This document shows, piece by piece, positions 29,819 to 38,045 of a stretch of 64,000 nucleotides of DNA. Every line of letters begins with the position of its first letter. Positions within the stretch are counted from its first letter, which is position 1. The stretch covers positions 3,029 to 67,028 of the forward strand of contig JABIAL010000021.1 in the NCBI GenBank assembly GCA_018653315.1, written 5' to 3'. The stretch is from a bacterium (GTDB taxonomy: Bacteria; Patescibacteriota; Patescibacteriia; UBA1558; GWA2-36-10). The notes under the pieces are model-generated. The model was not told where the DNA came from. It was given only the letters and a program-made list of their open reading frames with translations, and did not search any database. Position numbers and translations under genes: made by a program.

Positions 29819-30411
29819 AAAAAATAGTTCTCACTGGCGGTCCATGTGGAGGAAAGACTACTTTTCTCGAGGCTCTAGAAAAAGAGCTTGGTGCAAATAT
29901 TATTATTGTGCCAGAAGCAGCGACTATTTTGTTGAGTGGTGGTTTTTTGGAACCGAACAAAGACATTTCTTGGTCTGAAGATTGGCAAACAGCATTTGAA
30001 TACGCTGTTTTTCATTTGCAAAAATCTCTTGAAGAAACAGCTATACTACAGGCTAAAGAAAAGGGAATCTCTGTGTTAGTTTGTGATCGAGGCTCTTTGG
30101 ACGCGGCGGTTTTTTTACCTGGAGGCTTGGGGCAAGCACAATTATTACTTAATCTTGATGTGACCAGTGAAAGATTACGATACCACGCAGTACTTCATTT
30201 AGAGTCTTTGGCAACAGCTGATTCAGATAAATATAGCTCAGCAGGTAACGGGCATCGTATTGAGTCATTAGAGCAAGCAAAGAAAATGGAATTACTCTCG
30301 CAAGAGGTTTGGTCGCAGCACAAAAATTATTTTTTTATTGACGGGCAAAGAAGTGTAGATAGTAAAATTGGAGAAGCTCTAGATTTAGTAAGAAAGATTT
30401 TAGACACGTAG
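29815..30411 (+). CDS. P-loop ATPase of the AAA_28 / NadR-like predicted ATPase family
   Basis: 198 aa with Walker A GGPCGGKTT. A 4-nt overlap with the upstream membrane gene suggests co-translation. Confidence 0.55.
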   Translation: MKKIVLTGGPCGGKTTFLEALEKELGANIIIVPEAATILLSGGFLEPNKDISWSEDWQTAFEYAVFHLQKSLEETAILQAKEKGISVLVCDRGSLDAAVFLPGGLGQAQLLLNLDVTSERLRYHAVLHLESLATADSDKYSSAGNGHRIESLEQAKKMELLSQEVWSQHKNYFFIDGQRSVDSKIGEALDLVRKILDT

Positions 30412-30476
30412 TAAGGATATAAAAGAAGATAAGTTTTTTAGTTTACATATTTTGCTATTTTTAGTATAATATAGTC

Positions 30477-31337
30477 ATGAAAAAAGTTCGTAAAGCAATT
30501 ATTGCTGTGGCTGGTTCCGGAACAAGATTGTTGCCAGCTACTAAATCAATGCCAAAAGAAATGTTGCCCATTGTTGATAAACCAATTATTCAACTTGTAG
30601 TTGAAGAGCTGGTTGCTGGAGGGATAGAAGATATAATTTTGGTTACAAAATGGGACAAAAAACCACTCGAAGACCATTTTGATTATTCATGGGCTTTAGA
30701 ACACGATTTAGCTGAATCGGGTAAGATGGCCAAGCTAAAAGAGATTAGAAAAATTTCTGAAATGGCAAATTTTATCTATATCCGCCAAAAAGGACCCTAT
30801 GGCAATGGTACCCCTGTTTTATCTGCAGCCAGTTTAGTTCAAGATGAGCCATTTATGTATGTTTGGGGAGATGATTTAGTTAAATCAAAAACATCATTTG
30901 CCAAACAAATGATTGATGACTATAACGAAACAGGCCATTTAATGATCGGGGTACAAAAAGTGCCACGTAATCAAGTTGATAGGTATGGAATCGTTAGTAT
31001 TAAAGATAGAAAAACCATGCAATTAGACGGCATCATTGAGAAGCCAAGTATAAAAGAAGCACCTTCTCAGCTAGCTGATTTTGGTCGGATGATTTTGAAT
31101 CAAGACATCATAGAAATACTTAAGAAGACAAGATTAGGAAAAGGCAATGAATTATGGATTGTTGATGCTATCCGTGACTACATTAAAGCGGGCGGAGAGT
31201 TTTACGCTAAAGAAGTACAAGATGGAGAATGGCTAACTACTGGGGATCCATGGAATTTGTTAAAAGCGAATTTAGAATATGCAAGTGACAGAAAAGATTT
31301 AAAGACTTTATTAAAGAGGTATTTAAAAAATTTATAA
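30477..31337 (+). CDS. galU: UTP--glucose-1-phosphate uridylyltransferase
   Basis: 286 aa. AGSGTRLLPATKSMPKEMLPIVDKP N-terminal signature. Confidence 0.85.
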   Translation: MKKVRKAIIAVAGSGTRLLPATKSMPKEMLPIVDKPIIQLVVEELVAGGIEDIILVTKWDKKPLEDHFDYSWALEHDLAESGKMAKLKEIRKISEMANFIYIRQKGPYGNGTPVLSAASLVQDEPFMYVWGDDLVKSKTSFAKQMIDDYNETGHLMIGVQKVPRNQVDRYGIVSIKDRKTMQLDGIIEKPSIKEAPSQLADFGRMILNQDIIEILKKTRLGKGNELWIVDAIRDYIKAGGEFYAKEVQDGEWLTTGDPWNLLKANLEYASDRKDLKTLLKRYLKNL

Positions 31338-31340
31338 GCT

Positions 31341-32702
31341 ATGCCTAGACTGCGAATTCTTACTATTATTTTATTTGGAGTGTTCATCATGACCACTGGT
31401 TTTGGTTGTAAGCAAAGCATTACCAATAAAGAAGAGTTTAAGCCAATTTCTTTAGAGTATTGGGGAGTTTGGGATACGCCGGGGCAGATGGCTAGTGTAA
31501 TCAATGCTTATCAGGACACCCATCCAACTATTAAGGTGAGATACAAAAATTTTCGTTATGATGAGTATGAACAAAAATTATTAGAAGCAGCCTGGGAAGA
31601 CAGAGTGCCTGATTTGTTCATGATCCCTGTTTCTTGGTTACCAAAATATCAAGAGCGTTTACAGGCAATTCCAAAAAGCGTTAAAATTCCTATTTTAGAA
31701 ATGCAGGGCACTATTAAAAAAGAAGCCGTGCCAGTGTTAAAAACTATTAATAGTTTATCTTTGCGTGATATTAAAGATCGTTATGTTAGTGTTGTTTATG
31801 ATAATGTAATTAGAGAAGGAGAAATTTACGGCTTACCATATTCTGTTGATTCATTGGTTACTTTTTATAATTCAGATTTATTAACAGCTTCAAATATTCC
31901 CGAACCAATAGAAGATTTTCATGATTTAGTTGAACAGATTCAAAAAGATGGTCTTTCTAAGATAGGGACTGGCAATAGAATTATACAGGCTGGTGTAGCC
32001 ATGGGTGGCACAGATAACATTCCTCGTTTTTTTGATATCTTGTCCAGTATTATGATGCAAAATGATGTTGAGCTGAAAGGGAGTAATTTTAATCCCTTAC
32101 AAAGTAAGGACTCAACACGGTACATGGCAGAGGCAATTGGTTTTTATACAGATTTTGCTAATCCTAATAAGTCAGTATTTTCTTGGGATGATAGTTTACC
32201 AGACGCCTTTGAAATATTTACACAAGGTAAGTTAGCTTATTTTTTTGGTTATAGTTATCATGCTGACGAATTACGTAAACGAGGCGTCCAGTTTGATTGG
32301 GATATAACTAATTTTCCTAAAACCAGAGGTGCAGAGGGTGATAAATATTATAGCAATTATTGGATAAACGTTGTTCCGAAAAAATCAAAAAATAAAGACG
32401 CAGCTTGGAATTTTATTCAAAGTGCAACTAGTAAAGATTTGGTGGTTAATTATTTAGATACTAATAAAAAACCAACAGCCTTAAGAGCCTTAATAAAAGA
32501 TCAGTTAGAAGATGATGAGGTGAGAGTTTTTGCTTCACAAGTTTTAGCCGCAGATAATTGGTACAAGGGTTATGATCTTACAGCAGCAGAAATGTATATG
32601 GCAGATTTTATAGAAGACCTATTATCAGGAGAGCTTAATCTTGATGAAAGTGGTTTAGGGTTTTTGGTTCAGCGCATTCGCCGTACCTATCAAGCACGAT
32701 AA
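31341..32702 (+). CDS. ABC-type extracellular solute-binding lipoprotein (family 1, sugar/oligosaccharide type), orphan
   Basis: 453 aa. Lipobox-like TTGFGC after a signal peptide. No permease or ATPase genes are adjacent. Confidence 0.55.
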   Translation: MPRLRILTIILFGVFIMTTGFGCKQSITNKEEFKPISLEYWGVWDTPGQMASVINAYQDTHPTIKVRYKNFRYDEYEQKLLEAAWEDRVPDLFMIPVSWLPKYQERLQAIPKSVKIPILEMQGTIKKEAVPVLKTINSLSLRDIKDRYVSVVYDNVIREGEIYGLPYSVDSLVTFYNSDLLTASNIPEPIEDFHDLVEQIQKDGLSKIGTGNRIIQAGVAMGGTDNIPRFFDILSSIMMQNDVELKGSNFNPLQSKDSTRYMAEAIGFYTDFANPNKSVFSWDDSLPDAFEIFTQGKLAYFFGYSYHADELRKRGVQFDWDITNFPKTRGAEGDKYYSNYWINVVPKKSKNKDAAWNFIQSATSKDLVVNYLDTNKKPTALRALIKDQLEDDEVRVFASQVLAADNWYKGYDLTAAEMYMADFIEDLLSGELNLDESGLGFLVQRIRRTYQAR

Positions 32703-32714
32703 TTTTTTAATAAT

Positions 32715-33677
32715 ATGAAAAAAGTATTAAACTTAGCAATTTTATTTTCTTTGTTAGCTATGCCAAGTATGGCTAGTGCTGGATTTTTGGATAAGTTAAG
32801 TTGCGTAAAAGGGGGGCTAAATTGTAGTCTTGATGAAGTAGCAACTAGTTTTGTTTTACTTACAAAATTTTTAATTAGCGCAATTGGTGTGGCAGCTCTA
32901 TTGTATTTTATTTGGGGTGGCGTCCAATTACTTACCTCTTATGGTAACATGGAAAGGATAAAGCGCGGACAACAAATAATGTGGCACACTATGTTTGCCA
33001 TGGTAATTACTTTTAGTAGTTTTTTATTAGTTGAATTTTTTATTAATGATATTTTAAATGCTGATGACCAGGTAGTTGCTATGTGCGGTACCGAGCCAAT
33101 ACACAAACAATGTAATGAGCATGAAAAAAATTATGTTTGCACTGGGCATCAATTTCCAATAGAGCAAGATGCTTACAATGGTTTATGTGTGCCAAAATGC
33201 CAATTACAAAATTGGCTAGAAGAAGATACTTGGTTGTGTCTTGATAAAAGTATCGCTGAAGATGTTGTTGGAGATGGTAAATTTGATGGTTGTTCAAATC
33301 CAAATGACCTATGTGTTAATGCAAATAAACTACCCATTAAAGAGTTAATTCAAGAGACTAATTCTTTAAATATTGATATTAATATAACTGAGTACGTTGG
33401 TTGTTGTGTGAATGGCATACAATCATGTATTACTAAAGAATCAGAAGTGGCTTGTCATAATCTTGATCCTAATGCTGCTTGGTTTAATGTTTCTTGTGAC
33501 GAGGTGGGAATGTGCCAAGATGGTTATCATGCTGATCCTGGTTGTTGCCTTGGTATTCAAGATGGTAATGTTGTAGAGTGTTTGGAAATAGAAATAGGGG
33601 TGTGTGCATGGGATGATGGTATAACAGCAGAATTTTATGCTGACACCACTTGTCCACCTGAACCGCCATGTTTATAA
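32715..33677 (+). CDS. VirB2/TrbC-like two-TM pilin-type domain fused to a ~200-aa Cys-rich extracytoplasmic domain
   Basis: 320 aa. Signal peptide and two TM helices with a GG-x-x-LL-TS-x-G loop resembling the four downstream paralogs, then more than 20 cysteines in the C-terminal 200 aa. Confidence 0.45.
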   Translation: MKKVLNLAILFSLLAMPSMASAGFLDKLSCVKGGLNCSLDEVATSFVLLTKFLISAIGVAALLYFIWGGVQLLTSYGNMERIKRGQQIMWHTMFAMVITFSSFLLVEFFINDILNADDQVVAMCGTEPIHKQCNEHEKNYVCTGHQFPIEQDAYNGLCVPKCQLQNWLEEDTWLCLDKSIAEDVVGDGKFDGCSNPNDLCVNANKLPIKELIQETNSLNIDINITEYVGCCVNGIQSCITKESEVACHNLDPNAAWFNVSCDEVGMCQDGYHADPGCCLGIQDGNVVECLEIEIGVCAWDDGITAEFYADTTCPPEPPCL

Positions 33678-33692
33678 TTTAATTCTTATAAT

Positions 33693-34043
33693 ATGTTAAA
33701 CAAAAAGAAAAATATTTTATTTACCTTGTTTTTATTGAGCGTACCTTGGTGTGTCCAAGCGGGCACGGCACTACATAATCCATTAGAGGGTAGTGCTAGT
33801 GATTTTCCAACATTAATTGGTGGTGTTATTAGAGGAATGTTGGGTGTAGTGGGGGCAGTAGCCTTAATTATGATTGTTATCGGAGGTATTACTTGGATGA
33901 CTTCATCTGGTAATGCTGATAGGGTACGCCGTGGCAAAGACACATTGGTTTGGGCGGTCATTGGTTTAACTGCTATATTTTTAAGTTACGCAGTTGTTAA
34001 TTTTATATTTGATGCCGTTGTTAGAGGTGGCTCAGGATCTTAG
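33693..34043 (+). CDS. VirB2/TrbC-like (T4SS-pilin-like) small two-TM protein, paralog 2
   Basis: 116 aa. Signal peptide, TM1, loop GGITWMTSSGNADRV, TM2. Confidence 0.5.
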   Translation: MLNKKKNILFTLFLLSVPWCVQAGTALHNPLEGSASDFPTLIGGVIRGMLGVVGAVALIMIVIGGITWMTSSGNADRVRRGKDTLVWAVIGLTAIFLSYAVVNFIFDAVVRGGSGS

Positions 34044-34044
34044 G

Positions 34045-34073
34045 TTGAATAAATGACATTTTTGTTTTATAAT
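34045..34073 (+). promoter_or_regulatory. sigma70-like promoter for paralog 3
   Basis: TTGAAT, 17-nt spacer, TATAAT (34068-34073). A strong AAGGGGGTGA Shine-Dalgarno sits before the ATG at 34115. Confidence 0.45.
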
Positions 34074-34114
34074 AATTGTATGAAATTATGTTTTTATAGA
34101 AAGGGGGTGAAAAA

Positions 34115-34462
34115 ATGAACAAAATAATTACAAGTTTATTATTGTTAGCTCCAATGGCCGCTTCAGCTGCTACCAATCCGTTTGGTGTTGATGATTTAAC
34201 ATCTACAGGCTTGGGTACACAAGATTTAAAGACAACCATTGCTAGTATTATTAATGTTGTTTTAGGATTCTTAGGAATCATCGCTACTTTAATTATTCTT
34301 TTAGGTGGTTTTAAATGGATGACCTCTCAAGGTAGTTCTGAAAAAGTAGATGAGGCTAAAAAACTTATCGGTGCTGGTGTTGTAGGATTAGTCATAGTAT
34401 TAGCAGCTTATGCTATTGCTAGATTTGTTTTGACAAATGTTTATGAGGCAACAACCGCATAA
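34115..34462 (+). CDS. VirB2/TrbC-like small two-TM protein, paralog 3
   Basis: 115 aa. Loop GGFKWMTSQGSSEKV. Confidence 0.5.
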   Translation: MNKIITSLLLLAPMAASAATNPFGVDDLTSTGLGTQDLKTTIASIINVVLGFLGIIATLIILLGGFKWMTSQGSSEKVDEAKKLIGAGVVGLVIVLAAYAIARFVLTNVYEATTA

Positions 34463-34559
34463 CAGGCTTATTATAGTCTAGACTATAGTAGGTCATGCAA
34501 GTGACCTACTAAAGTGTAGATTAAAATAGTACCGGTATAATAAATCAAAAAACAAACAG

Positions 34560-34904
34560 ATGAACAAAATAATTACAAGTTTATTATTACTAGCTCCGAT
34601 GGCCGCTTCAGCTGATCTTAGTGATCTTGGTTATGATGATTTAGATTCTGTACATTTGGGTACGCAAGATCTAAAGACAACTATTGCTAGTATTATTAAT
34701 GTAGTTTTAGGATTCTTAGGAATCATCGCTACTTTAATTATTCTTTTAGGTGGTTTTAAATGGATGACCTCTCAAGGTAGTACTGAAAAAGTAAGCGAAG
34801 CTAAAAATCTGATCGGCGCTGGTGTTGTAGGATTAGTCATAGTATTAGCAGCTTATGCTATTGCTAGATTTGTTTTACGAGAAGTTTATCAAGCAACTTA
34901 TTGA
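34560..34904 (+). CDS. VirB2/TrbC-like small two-TM protein, paralog 4 (near-identical recent duplicate of paralog 3)
   Basis: 114 aa, about 95 percent nucleotide identity to paralog 3 except for a ~50-nt segment encoding the mature N-terminus. Confidence 0.5.
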   Translation: MNKIITSLLLLAPMAASADLSDLGYDDLDSVHLGTQDLKTTIASIINVVLGFLGIIATLIILLGGFKWMTSQGSTEKVSEAKNLIGAGVVGLVIVLAAYAIARFVLREVYQATY

Positions 34905-34949
34905 TATATTTTAGCATAGTTTATATTAAGTATTTTTAACAAAATAAAC

Positions 34950-35324
34950 ATGAAACATAAAATATTTTTTACATTTTTGTTATTATTACCAATGCAAGCA
35001 GCTGCGTCAGCAGCGCAGGATGGATTAGATGCTGCCGCTGCCCAGGCTGGACTTAATACTGATCGTAGTGTTATTGATATGATTGCCATTGTGATTAATG
35101 CAATTTTGAGCTTGTTAGCAATGATTTTTATTGTGTTGATTATCTTAGGTGGTTTTCGTTGGATGACTTCAGCTGGAAATGCTACAAAGGTAGATTCTGC
35201 TAAACAGACTATATCAAATGCAGTTATTGGTTTAGTAATAGTTGTGGCTGCTTATGCTATTGCTACATTTGTATTAGGAGCAGTAGTTGGTAGTACTAGT
35301 GGCGGTGGAGTTACACAACCTTAA
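34950..35324 (+). CDS. VirB2/TrbC-like small two-TM protein, paralog 5
   Basis: 124 aa. Loop GGFRWMTSAGNATKV and a Gly/Ser-rich C-terminus. Confidence 0.5.
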   Translation: MKHKIFFTFLLLLPMQAAASAAQDGLDAAAAQAGLNTDRSVIDMIAIVINAILSLLAMIFIVLIILGGFRWMTSAGNATKVDSAKQTISNAVIGLVIVVAAYAIATFVLGAVVGSTSGGGVTQP

Positions 35325-35344
35325 TTTATTTTAAGTATAAAAAG

Positions 35345-35376
35345 AACCCGCGTTTGTTTTCAAACGCGGGTTTTTG
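35345..35376. terminator. bidirectional rho-independent terminator
   Basis: AACCCGCGTTTG-tttt-CAAACGCGGGTT flanked by an A-run and a T-run. Separates the pilin-like array from the convergent lipoprotein gene. Confidence 0.7.
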
Positions 35377-35390
35377 ATTCTTAGAGACGA

Positions 35391-36038
35391 TTACTCGATG
35401 CTAATCACCCAATCAACGAGCCGCCCGTTTAACTCGGCATCCTTTTTAATGTTATTGATGCGAGTTACATATTTCATCTTCCGGTTTTGGGAAGCATTGA
35501 TTGGCTGGTAATAAATGGTGATATTACCAGGTGTCATAGCGGTCATCTCGCTAACCTGGCCGACATTCAGAACACCATATTGATGTCCTTTACTGTCCCA
35601 GATACGACACTTCCAGCGTGTCGAATTGATGATTACACCACTTTGCAACACTATGTTGCGTAATAGCATCTCATCAATCCTGACGACCTGTACACCACCC
35701 CATCTGGCGGTGCGCTTGATCGGTGCCACAATTTCTTCGCTACTCCAACCATTTTCCTCCCACGTTTTGACCAGAATAGTGATCTGATCTCTTCTGGCGA
35801 TTGATTCACTGTGAGAGCATCCTGTGTTGAGTTCCATATAATGCATTCCTGGTTCTTGTTTGATGCGCACCATATAGCGTTCATCTTCGCTGGTGTTTTC
35901 AAATCTCCACTCAGATTTTTTTTCATCATAGTCTTCTCCACCATGATAGGCGGGTCGGACTGTTCCGGCGCAATTACTCAAAATCAGCATCATTGCTAAT
36001 AATGAACAAAAAGCCACCATTTTTTTCAGCGTTTTCAT
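35391..36038 (-). CDS. lipoprotein, hypothetical (GC-richer than surroundings)
   Basis: 215 aa. Signal peptide with lipobox LSNCAG. No recognisable domain. The gene looks about 10 points GC-richer than its neighbours by eye. Confidence 0.45.
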   Translation of the reverse strand: MKTLKKMVAFCSLLAMMLILSNCAGTVRPAYHGGEDYDEKKSEWRFENTSEDERYMVRIKQEPGMHYMELNTGCSHSESIARRDQITILVKTWEENGWSSEEIVAPIKRTARWGGVQVVRIDEMLLRNIVLQSGVIINSTRWKCRIWDSKGHQYGVLNVGQVSEMTAMTPGNITIYYQPINASQNRKMKYVTRINNIKKDAELNGRLVDWVISIE

Positions 36039-36152
36039 CTTGAACTCCTCTTCGTTGTTTTGTTATTATAGAACTTTATATTGTCTATATATTACCATAT
36101 TTTATAGATTTTGTCAATAGGTATCATTTTTTAGCTATGTTATAATTTAAAC

Positions 36153-38009
36153 ATGCTTTTTTTGTCTAAAATTCGCTTATTTATCGATAAATATAGTAAA
36201 CAACTACTATGGCTATTAATTATCGCCTACGGGCTATTTTTTGGCTATTTAAGCCTCTTAAAGCTTGATTATTTCATCTATAACAATTTTGATCTTAGTA
36301 TTTTTAACCAGGTTTTCTACAACACCCTAAATGGTAATTGGCTGGAGATGACTATTAATTTACACACTTATTTAGCTGATCATTTTACGCCAATTATTTT
36401 TTTACTATTACCAATCTATGCTTTAAAAATTGGCCCAGAAAATTTGTTAATCATCCAGTCTTTTTCTTTGGCTCTGGCTGCTTGGCCACTATATTTAATT
36501 ACTCACAAAGTTTCACGTAATAATTTATTAGCTTTAAGCGTGGCTATATTTTGGCTGTTAAATCCTTTTGTGCATTATGCTAATATCTATGAGTTTCATT
36601 TATTAACCCTTGCTCCATTTTTCTTTTTTTGGTGTTTTTATTTTTATCAAGAAAATAAATTTAAACCATTTATAGTTTTATTTGCCATAGCGTTATTAAT
36701 CAGAGAAGATGTTTCTTTATTCTTGTTAGGTTTTTCTATTTTAGCATTTTTAGATAAAAAAGATTGGCGTTGGAAGTATTTAGTACCCATCATTTCGTTG
36801 ATTTATTTTTTTGTCGCCTTACGAATAATAGATTATTTCTCTCCTGACGGAGCTTATAAATTTTTAGCTTATTATGGTTGGCTGGGAGGTTCGGATGTTT
36901 TATCCATTGCTTGGTCATTTGTTTCTCATCCTATTAAAGTCTTATTGCATGTCTTTAGTTGGCAAAATATAAGCAGTGCTTTAATTGTTTTATGGCCATT
37001 TTTATTTTTACCACTCTTAAAATCAAAGTACTTACTTTTATCTCTAGTGTCATTTTCAGCTACTCTTTTAACGGCTACTAGTTTTGCGTCAATTATATTT
37101 TATACGCACTACAGTTTATTTATTTTACCAAGTATCTTTATTTGCTTTATTTTTTCTTTGCACAGTTTGAAATTTTCTAAGCATAAAAGTTTTATTTATT
37201 TATTATTAGCTACCACGGTAATTTATCTAGCTATTTTCTTATCCCCTATAAAAAGTTTATTAACTTACCCATTTGATAAACAAGGGCTTGATTATCGACA
37301 AGAGGTCTTAGAACAAATTGGAGACCAAGCTACTATTGCGGCTAGCACATCATTTTTACCAGACTTAAGTAGCAGAGAAACAGTGTACCCTGTTAGTTAT
37401 AGTTATTTTGGTGGTGGTCAGTTTTTGATAGAAGATTTTGACTTACCACTAGTTGATTATATTTTAATAGATTATAAAAACTTTTTTGTAGATATGGCAG
37501 CTACTAATGCAACATTTTTTTCAACCGAAAGAAAGGTCATGATGAATAGTCGTTGGGGCGATAAACTACAAAAATATTCTTTAATTTGGGCCAAAAACGA
37601 TATTTTATTATTCCAGAATAAAGAACAGGTTGCAGAAGGTTTGTTTTTAACAGAAGTATTATCAGAACAAGAAGAACAGTTTAAAGACAATTATAATTTA
37701 ATTTTTGACAGTTATTTTGATAATCAAAATAATATTTTAGAGCTAAAGTTAAACTCCAACTTATTGTCAGATAAACATTTAATTCGTTTTTATCGTGATG
37801 ATTATTATTTTGATTTACCGCTAGCCTACTCTTTATTTTCGGCTGAGTCAGATGTTATTGATAAGACAATAATGGTGAAATATTATCTAAGTTCAGATGT
37901 TAAATCTTACCAGGTATTTACTTGGCAGGCTGAAAATATACTAGGGCTAGTTGGCGAGGCTTTATCTGATTTTAAATTGCAGTCAATAATTGATCAGACA
38001 TCATTATAA
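36153..38009 (+). CDS. large polytopic membrane protein with C-terminal extracytoplasmic domain (GT-C-fold/DUF2079-like), hypothetical
   Basis: 618 aa. About 12 TM helices in the first 400 aa, then a soluble ~200-aa tail. Confidence 0.4.
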   Translation: MLFLSKIRLFIDKYSKQLLWLLIIAYGLFFGYLSLLKLDYFIYNNFDLSIFNQVFYNTLNGNWLEMTINLHTYLADHFTPIIFLLLPIYALKIGPENLLIIQSFSLALAAWPLYLITHKVSRNNLLALSVAIFWLLNPFVHYANIYEFHLLTLAPFFFFWCFYFYQENKFKPFIVLFAIALLIREDVSLFLLGFSILAFLDKKDWRWKYLVPIISLIYFFVALRIIDYFSPDGAYKFLAYYGWLGGSDVLSIAWSFVSHPIKVLLHVFSWQNISSALIVLWPFLFLPLLKSKYLLLSLVSFSATLLTATSFASIIFYTHYSLFILPSIFICFIFSLHSLKFSKHKSFIYLLLATTVIYLAIFLSPIKSLLTYPFDKQGLDYRQEVLEQIGDQATIAASTSFLPDLSSRETVYPVSYSYFGGGQFLIEDFDLPLVDYILIDYKNFFVDMAATNATFFSTERKVMMNSRWGDKLQKYSLIWAKNDILLFQNKEQVAEGLFLTEVLSEQEEQFKDNYNLIFDSYFDNQNNILELKLNSNLLSDKHLIRFYRDDYYFDLPLAYSLFSAESDVIDKTIMVKYYLSSDVKSYQVFTWQAENILGLVGEALSDFKLQSIIDQTSL

Positions 38010-38045
38010 GTAGTATATTAATATATTTATTTAAATCAAAGAAAA

